Origin: Candidatus Hepatoplasma vulgare
Lineage (GTDB): Bacteria; Bacillota_I; Bacilli_A; Mycoplasmatales; Hepatoplasmataceae
DNA: 24,000 nt
Direction of reading: 5' to 3'
NCBI GenBank assembly: GCA_027925225.1
Contig: AP027131.1
Coordinates: 261,919 to 285,918, forward strand
The position numbers and the translations under genes were made by a program. The notes under the pieces are model-generated. The model was not told the DNA's origin and searched no databases. It saw nothing but the letters and a program-made list of their open reading frames with translations. This document shows positions 18,044 through 24,000 of the stretch, in pieces. Position 1 is the stretch's first letter. Each line of letters opens with the position of its first letter.

Positions 18044-19738
18044 GTGATAGAAAATAATTTTAAAATTAATAGATTAAACTTAAATGAAACTGTTAATTTA
18101 TATGGTTGGATTAACAAAATAAGAAAAATGGGAGATATCATTTTTCTAGATTTACGTGGAAGTAATGGTATTGTTCAAATAGTTCTTGAGAAAAATCATT
18201 TAGATTATGAGAAAGTTTTAAACTTTAAAAATAATGATATTATTTCAATTTCGGGAAAAGTATTTGAAAGAAAAAATAAAAATAAAAATATTTTTTCTGG
18301 AGACATAGAAATTATTGCTAATAAAATAAATTTAATTTCCGCAGTTTCGAACCAACTTCCTATCTTACCTTTTGAAGAAATAACTGCTTTAGAACAAGTG
18401 AGAATGAGATATAGATATTTAGATTTAAGAAGACCTAATATTTTTAATATTTTTAAAATAAGAAGCGAATTTAATAAATATACAAGAAGATTTTTTGATG
18501 AAAATAATTTTCTTGAAATAGAAACGCCTTATCTTACAAAGAGAACATATGGAGGAGCTTCTGAATTAATTGTTACTTCTAAAAATCACTTAGGAAAAGA
18601 ATATGCATTAGCACAATCGCCACAAATTTATAAGCAGCTTTTAATGTATTCTGGATTTGAAAGATATTATCAAATTGCTAGATGTTTTAGAGATGAAGAT
18701 TCAAGATCGGATAGACAACTTGAATTTACACAGTTAGATTTAGAAATGAGTTTTATAAATGACAAGGAAATAGAAGAAAAAATTTATTTATTAATTGAAC
18801 TTTATTTTGAATTTATTTTAAAAAATGTTTTTAAAAAAGAAATTTTGCTTCCTTTTAAAAGAATTACTTATAAATACGCATTAGAGAATTATGGTTCTGA
18901 TAAACCTGATTTAAGATATGAAAATAAAATTTTTGATTTAATTAAAAATAATTTAATTAAATTAAAAGATAAAAAAATAGCAAAAGGGATTGCTTTTGAA
19001 AAAAATATTTCAATTAGTCAAATTAAAAAAATTAAAAAAGATTTTAAAGATAATTCTATAAATTTTTCTTATTTTTTTGTAAAAGATGGAATTTATTCTG
19101 AAGGAGAAATTAAAGAAGAATTTAAAAAAGATATTAATAAATTTAATAATTTTTTAAATTTATCAAATTATTTTGTAATTTTTTTAATTTCAGAAGATAA
19201 AAATAAATTATTAAATACACTTGGAGAAATAAGAATTAAGGTTGCAAAGAAATTAAATTTAGCGAATAAAGATAAATTAAAATTTTGTTGGATTACTGAT
19301 TTTCCTTTATTTGATAAAGATAAAGAAAATAATTTGGTTTCTAGTCATAATCCTTTTGTTGCATTAAAAGATGAAAGTGATTTAGAAAAAATAAATTTAA
19401 AAAAGGAAAATGAATTATTAAATTTGATGTCTAGATCTTATGATTTAGTTCTAAATGGTTATGAAATAGCAGGTGGATCAATAAGAATCAGGGATAAAGA
19501 AATTCAAAGGAAGATTTTCAAAATTCTAAAATTAACAAATGAAGAAATTGATAGAAATTTTGACTGACTTCTTACGGCTCAATCTTTTGCTACTCCATAT
19601 CATGGTGGTATTGCACTTGGGATTGATAGAATACTTGCAATACTTTTAAAAAAATCTTCTATAAAAGAAGTTATTGCTTTTCCTAAGACTTCTCAAGGTA
19701 CTGATGAATTGAGTGGCGCTCCAAGTGAAAAAAATTAG
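18044..19738 (+). CDS. aspS: aspartyl-tRNA synthetase (564 aa, GTG start)
   Basis: The OB-fold N-terminus is VNLYGWINKIRKMGDIIFLDLRGSNGIVQIV. Class II motif 2 is CFRDEDSRSDRQLEFTQLDLEMSF and motif 3 is GGIALGIDRILAIL. The ORF continues through TGA at 19565 to TAG at 19736-19738. The GTG start lies 1 nt after the preceding stop. Confidence 0.93.
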
Positions 19739-19775
19739 AATAGGTTTTGCTTTATAATTAAAATGATTAAATGAA

Positions 19776-20765
19776 ATGGCAAGAACTAAAATATTAAAAA
19801 ATAAAAAGTTTCGTATCCTCTGTATTGATGGAGGAGGACTTAAGGGTGTTTTTACAATTTATGCATTAATGCAGCTTAAAAAAGAATATGGAATTGATGT
19901 TTATGAAGAATTTGATATGTTTGTTGGTACATCAACAGGTGCACTTATACTTGCTCTTATTCTTTCAAAAAAAAATTTAGAAGATGCTTATAATGAATAT
20001 ATTAGAAAACCAAATTTTATTTTTTCTGAAAAAAATAGTCTTTTAAAACAATTAAGAAGTACTTTTTTCTCTCAATTTAAAAGTGAAAATTTAGTAAAAA
20101 ATATTGAGCAATATGTTGATGATATGAGTTTTGAAGAATTTGAAAAAATTGCTAAAAAACCTTTTTTGTTTACAGCGACAAATATTACTGAAGCAAAACC
20201 AGTTGTTTTTGGTTCTAGTCATTTTAATTTTGTAAATCAAAGATATAGAAATACCAAAATAAGAGATGCTCTTTATGCTTCTTCTGCAGCACCTTTTTAT
20301 TTTGAACCGCTTATTGAAAAGGGAACTGATAATATAATTGCTGATGGCGGACTTTGAGCTAATAATCCAGTTTTGTTGGCAATTATATATGCAATAGGAG
20401 ATTTAGAAGTTAATTTTGATAATATTGAAATAGTTTCTTTTGGACAAACAAATACAGAAAAATTAGCTGTAAATTTTACAAAAGGATTTACACCAAAGGA
20501 AATTTTTATGTTAATTTCTTCTTCTTTAGTTGCAAGACAAAATTTTGATAATTTTGCTTCAACAATTTTATTAAAAGATAGATTATTTAGATATTCTCCT
20601 GAGGAAGAATTTAAAGGAAATAAATTAAGTAATATTTCAGATGAATTTATAAATTACACTCATATTTATTGAGAAGAAAATAAAGAAAATCTTTTAAAAT
20701 TTATTAAAAAAAGAAAAAGAAAAAATCTAAATTACTTTTTAGGAAAAGAAAAGCAATATAATTAG
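19776..20765 (+). CDS. patatin-like phospholipase (329 aa)
   Basis: The oxyanion motif is CIDGGGLKG, the lipase motif is GTSTG (catalytic Ser), and the catalytic Asp motif is ADGGLWANNP. Track ORFs 19776-20357 and 20373-20672 share a frame through TGA codons. The stop is TAG at 20763-20765. Confidence 0.85.
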
Positions 20766-20796
20766 ATATAATAATAAAAAATGTTTTAAAAAAAAG

Positions 20797-21261
20797 ATGG
20801 AAATAACTACTACTACAGGACAATTTTTCTCATTGTTTTTCTTATTTTTTGGAATACTAACAATTCTAATAATTGTTATCTTTTATTCTAAATGACAAAT
20901 TTATGGACCAAAATGACATAATTTTTCAACAAAGGTTAAATCATATTTTAAAAATAAATTTGATAAATCAAAACCAAAAGTGCAAAAAGGCGCAGTTATA
21001 GAAAATGAATCTTTAAAAGAGGAATTAGAAAAAAAAGAAAAACAAGCCGTCAGTGCACAAGAATTATTATCAATACAAAATAAAAAATTGCAGCATCAAA
21101 AAGAAGTGCAAAAAATGCAAATTGAAATTAATGAAAAAGCAAAGAAAAAAGAAGGAAAAACAAATGAAAAGAAAGAGCAAAAAGATTTAAAAATAGAAGA
21201 AAAAGAATTTAAAAAACAAGCGAAAAAAGAAAAAAAAGCAAAGAAAAAAAAGGGGAAATAA
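20797..21261 (+). CDS. membrane-anchored Lys/Glu-rich coiled-coil protein (154 aa)
   Basis: The ATG at 20797 is in frame with track ORF 20980-21261 through two TGA codons. The N-terminal TM helix is FFSLFFLFFGILTILIIVIFY. The rest is a highly charged K/E/Q-rich tail ending KKEKKAKKKKGK. Confidence 0.5.
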
Positions 21262-21271
21262 AGGAGAAAAA

Positions 21272-21517
21272 ATGGAAGCTTGAGAAATAGTTGGAATAAC
21301 ATTTATATGTTTATTACCAGTTGCAATATTTTTAACTTTTTATATTACTAGAAAATTAATTGAAAAACAATTAAAAGAAAATCCACCAATTTCTGAAAAA
21401 CAAGTACGTGCTATGTTTCAGCAAATGGGTAGAAAACCATCAGAAGCACAAGTAAGAAATACTTTAAATGCTTTAAAGGGTAGCAAAAGCAAAAATAAAT
21501 ATAAAAAGAGAAAATAA
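21272..21517 (+). CDS. yneF: UPF0154 family small membrane protein YneF (81 aa)
   Basis: The protein has an N-terminal TM helix followed by KENPPISEKQVRAMFQQMGRKPSEAQVRN. This closely parallels B. subtilis YneF ([29 protein letters not shown], from memory). An AAGGAG SD lies 5 nt upstream, and there is one in-frame TGA. Confidence 0.8.
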
Positions 21518-22029
21518 TGTCAATTGAAATTAAAAAGATTGTAAATAAAGAGGACTGAAAAAAATTTAATAATTGAATACAAGAAAATAAAATTTTTTCA
21601 AATGATTCAACTTTCTTCACAGATCTTTTAAATATTAATCAAAATAAAAAGTATAAAAACTCTTTTTATGAGTTTTATTTTTTTAATTCAAAATTTTTAG
21701 ATAATGCTTATACAATTTTTGATGACTATACAGATAAATCTGAAAAAAAAATTTTAAATAATAATAATAATTTTTTAAATTTTTTTTTAAGTCTTTTTAT
21801 TTATAAAAACCCTAAATTAAAAAATGAATGAGAAATGCTTTTTATGTTTTTTAAAAATCTTGATGAATATTTAAAAAAAGATAAAAAAGATTATAATAGG
21901 GAATTTGAAATTGTTCAAGATTATTGAAATTTTATTAATTTCTTATTTGAAAATAAAATAAAAAATTTTAATAATTGAGTTTTACTTATTAATAGTCATG
22001 TTTATAAAAAATCTAAGGGATTTATTTAG
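21517..22029 (+). CDS. hypothetical protein (170 aa)
   Basis: The ATG overlaps the yneF stop (TAATG). The frame is open to TAG at 22027-22029 with 5 in-frame TGA codons. The protein is Asn/Phe/Lys-rich and no family was recognised. It is missing from the standard-code ORF track because of the TGA codons. Confidence 0.45.
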
Positions 22030-22130
22030 TTTTTCAATTAATGATATTTTTATGTAAAATTATTATTTTTATATAATTATTTTAATTTGTTTTAGTAATG
22101 TTACTTTTGGAAGGTTATTTAAAATTTTAA

Positions 22131-24000
22131 ATGGATAAAAAATATAATGCAAATTCAATTGAAGTAATTGAAAATTTAGAAGCAGTTAGAAAAAGACCGG
22201 GAATGTATATTGGTGATACAAATTCAAAAGGATTACATCACTTAGTAAGAGAAATTTTAGACAACTCAATTGATGAATATCTTTCTGGTTTTGCAGATAA
22301 AATAATTGTAACCTTAAATATTGATGATTCTGTTGAAGTTGAAGATAATGGAAGAGGTATTCCTATCGATATTCATTCAAAAACAAAAAAACCTGCAATT
22401 GAAACAATTTTTACAACTCTTCATGCAGGAGGGAAATTCGGAGGAGAAAAATCTGGATATAAAATTTCTGGTGGACTTCATGGTGTCGGGTCTTCTGTTG
22501 TGAATGCACTTTCTGAATTTCTTGAAGTTATCGTTTGAAAAGATAAGGAAGAATATAGTATTAAATTTTTTAATGGTGGAAAAATAAAGGAACCACTCAC
22601 ACTTGTTGGTAAAACTTGAAAACATGGTACTAAAATAAAATTTAAAGCGGATAAAAAAATTTTTGCTACAACAACAATAGACAGTCAAATAGTTTATGAA
22701 TTATTAGAACAAACAGCTTACTTAAATTCAAAATTATCAATTATTTTTATTGATAATAAAAATAATAAAAAAACAGAATTTAAATTTAAAAATGGCTTAA
22801 TTGATTATGTAAATTTACTTACAAAAGAAGAAGAAGAATTAACTCCTCCTTCTCTTTTTTCTGTAAAAAATGATGAAATGAATATAATGTTTGCTTTTAA
22901 ATACACAACATCAATTGAAGAAAAAATTTTTTCTTTTGTAAATAATATTGAAACAAAAGATGGTGGATCTCATGAAGTTGGATTTAAATTAGCTTTTACA
23001 AAAGCTATAAATGATTATATAAATGAAAATAATTTACAAGAGGGTGGAAAAGTTTTAGAAGGCTCTGATATAAGAGAAGGAATATGTGCTGTAATTTCAA
23101 TTTTTGTTGTTGAAAAATATTTACAATTTGAAGGACAAACAAAATCTAAATTATCTTCAAACAAAGTAAGAATGTTTGTTGATAAAGCAATTTATGATAA
23201 TTTAAGACATTATCTAAATAAAAATAATAAATATGCTTTAACAATTGTAAAAAAAGCATATGAATCTAAAAGGGCTAAATTAGCTGCAAGAAAAGCAAGA
23301 GAAGTTTCTAGACAACTTATTCAAATAAAAGGTAAATCAGTAATAAATAAACTTGTTCCTGCACAATCAAATAAAGCAGAAGAAAGAGAATTATTTTTAG
23401 TTGAAGGAGATTCGGCTGGTGGTTCAGCAAAAAGAGGAAGGGATAATAAAACACAAGCAATTCTATCTTTAAAAGGTAAAATAATAAATACAGAAAAAGC
23501 AACAATAAAGGCAATTTTAGAAAATGAAGAGCTTTTATCAATAATAGCAGCAATCGGAACTGGAATAAGAGGAGATTTTGATATTAGAGGACTTAAATAT
23601 GGGAAAATCATCATAATGACTGACGCAGATACTGATGGTGCTCATATCCAAGTTTTACTATTAACGTTTTTTTATAGATTTATGCAAAAACTTATAAAAT
23701 TAGGAAAAGTTTATATTGCTTATCCTCCTTTATTTAAGGCAAAAGATTTAGATAGTAAAAAACAATTTTATATTTGAACAAATGATGAAATGAAAGAAAT
23801 TAAAAAAAAATATAGTAAATTAGAAATTCAAAGATACAAAGGTCTTGGAGAAATGAATTTTGAACAACTTTGAGAAACAACAATGGATCCAGAAACAAGA
23901 ACTTTAATTAAGGTTCATGTTTCTGATCTTGATGTTGCAAATAAAAGGATTGAAACATTAATGGGAAAAGATGTAGACATTAGAAGAAAATGGCTTGAAA
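22131..24000 (+). CDS. parE: DNA topoisomerase IV subunit B (type IIA topoisomerase ATPase subunit), 3'-truncated by window edge
   Basis: The GHKL ATPase motifs are [28 protein letters not shown] and [12 protein letters not shown]. The Toprim region is [18 protein letters not shown] and [15 protein letters not shown], followed by YKGLGEM. The KLVPAQS form just before Toprim is what I recall for Gram-positive ParE rather than GyrB. Synteny with yneF also fits ParE. The type IIA B-subunit call is near certain; ParE versus GyrB is less so. Confidence 0.8.

Noticed and set aside
19776-20765. The patatin gene as the effector of a CBASS-like or other defence operon.
   Set aside because: No CD-NTase, cyclase, sensor or other defence-associated partner is adjacent. 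The neighbours are aspS and small membrane proteins, and the gene has its own short spacer region.
20980-21261. Low-complexity aaagaaaaa-type repeats as a variable tandem-repeat locus.
   Set aside because: The repetitiveness comes from Lys/Glu codon bias (AAA/GAA) in a charged tail. There is no regular repeat unit at the nucleotide level.
1842-23614. Track ORFs that lie antisense or out of frame within conserved genes. These are 1842-2096, 1954-2157, 2938-3129, 5469-5678, 7915-8136, 10227-10457, 13042-13236, 13690-13956, 17570-17836, 21096-21302, 21411-21620, 22321-22503, 22377-22688, 23317-23553 and 23321-23614.
   Set aside because: Each is fully embedded in a gene with clear family motifs or a long code-4 reading frame on the other strand or frame. 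Their products are Phe/Ile/Leu/Tyr-rich strings typical of the reverse complement of AT-rich coding DNA. None has a convincing SD.
1-24000. CRISPR arrays, IS elements or transposases, integrases, phage genes and rRNA/tRNA genes.
   Set aside because: I saw none on either strand. There are no spaced direct repeats, no terminal inverted repeats flanking an ORF, and no DDE or tyrosine-recombinase motifs in any code-4 reading frame I translated.

Overview
This is a very AT-rich chromosomal segment that reads as a Mollicutes (Mycoplasma-like) genome using genetic code 4 (TGA = Trp). The supplied standard-code ORF track is fragmented at TGA. I checked the junctions codon by codon and the fragments fuse into about 26 intact genes.

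Gene content by strand block:
- Minus, 1-6855: two tandem Asn/Tyr/Lys-rich membrane or secreted proteins of unknown family, then nfo and ileS.
- Plus, 7138-10529: glpF-glpK-glpO glycerol uptake and oxidation cluster.
- Minus, 10606-15983: a 150-aa MazF/PemK-like protein, a relatively GC-rich structured intergenic island, the division cluster mraZ-rsmH-ftsA(like)-ftsZ-sepF, and rpmF-nusB.
- Plus, 16100-24000: pnuC-like transporter, a 119-aa hypothetical, a DJ-1/PfpI protein, aspS, a patatin-like phospholipase, a Lys/Glu-rich membrane-anchored protein, yneF (UPF0154), a 170-aa hypothetical, and parE (3'-truncated).

I saw no rRNA, tRNA, CRISPR array, IS element or prophage.

The most unusual items are:
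1. An orphan MazF/PemK-like toxin homolog with no protein antitoxin ORF. It is preceded by a roughly 110-nt structured island with a terminator-like hairpin and a perfect SD / anti-SD-mimic sequence.
2. GTGGG direct repeats (a candidate MraZ operator) between a TATAAT box and an mraZ that has no canonical start codon.
3. The two large uncharacterised surface-type proteins.
4. A stand-alone patatin-like phospholipase.

All homology calls are from motif recognition by eye. No database search was run.
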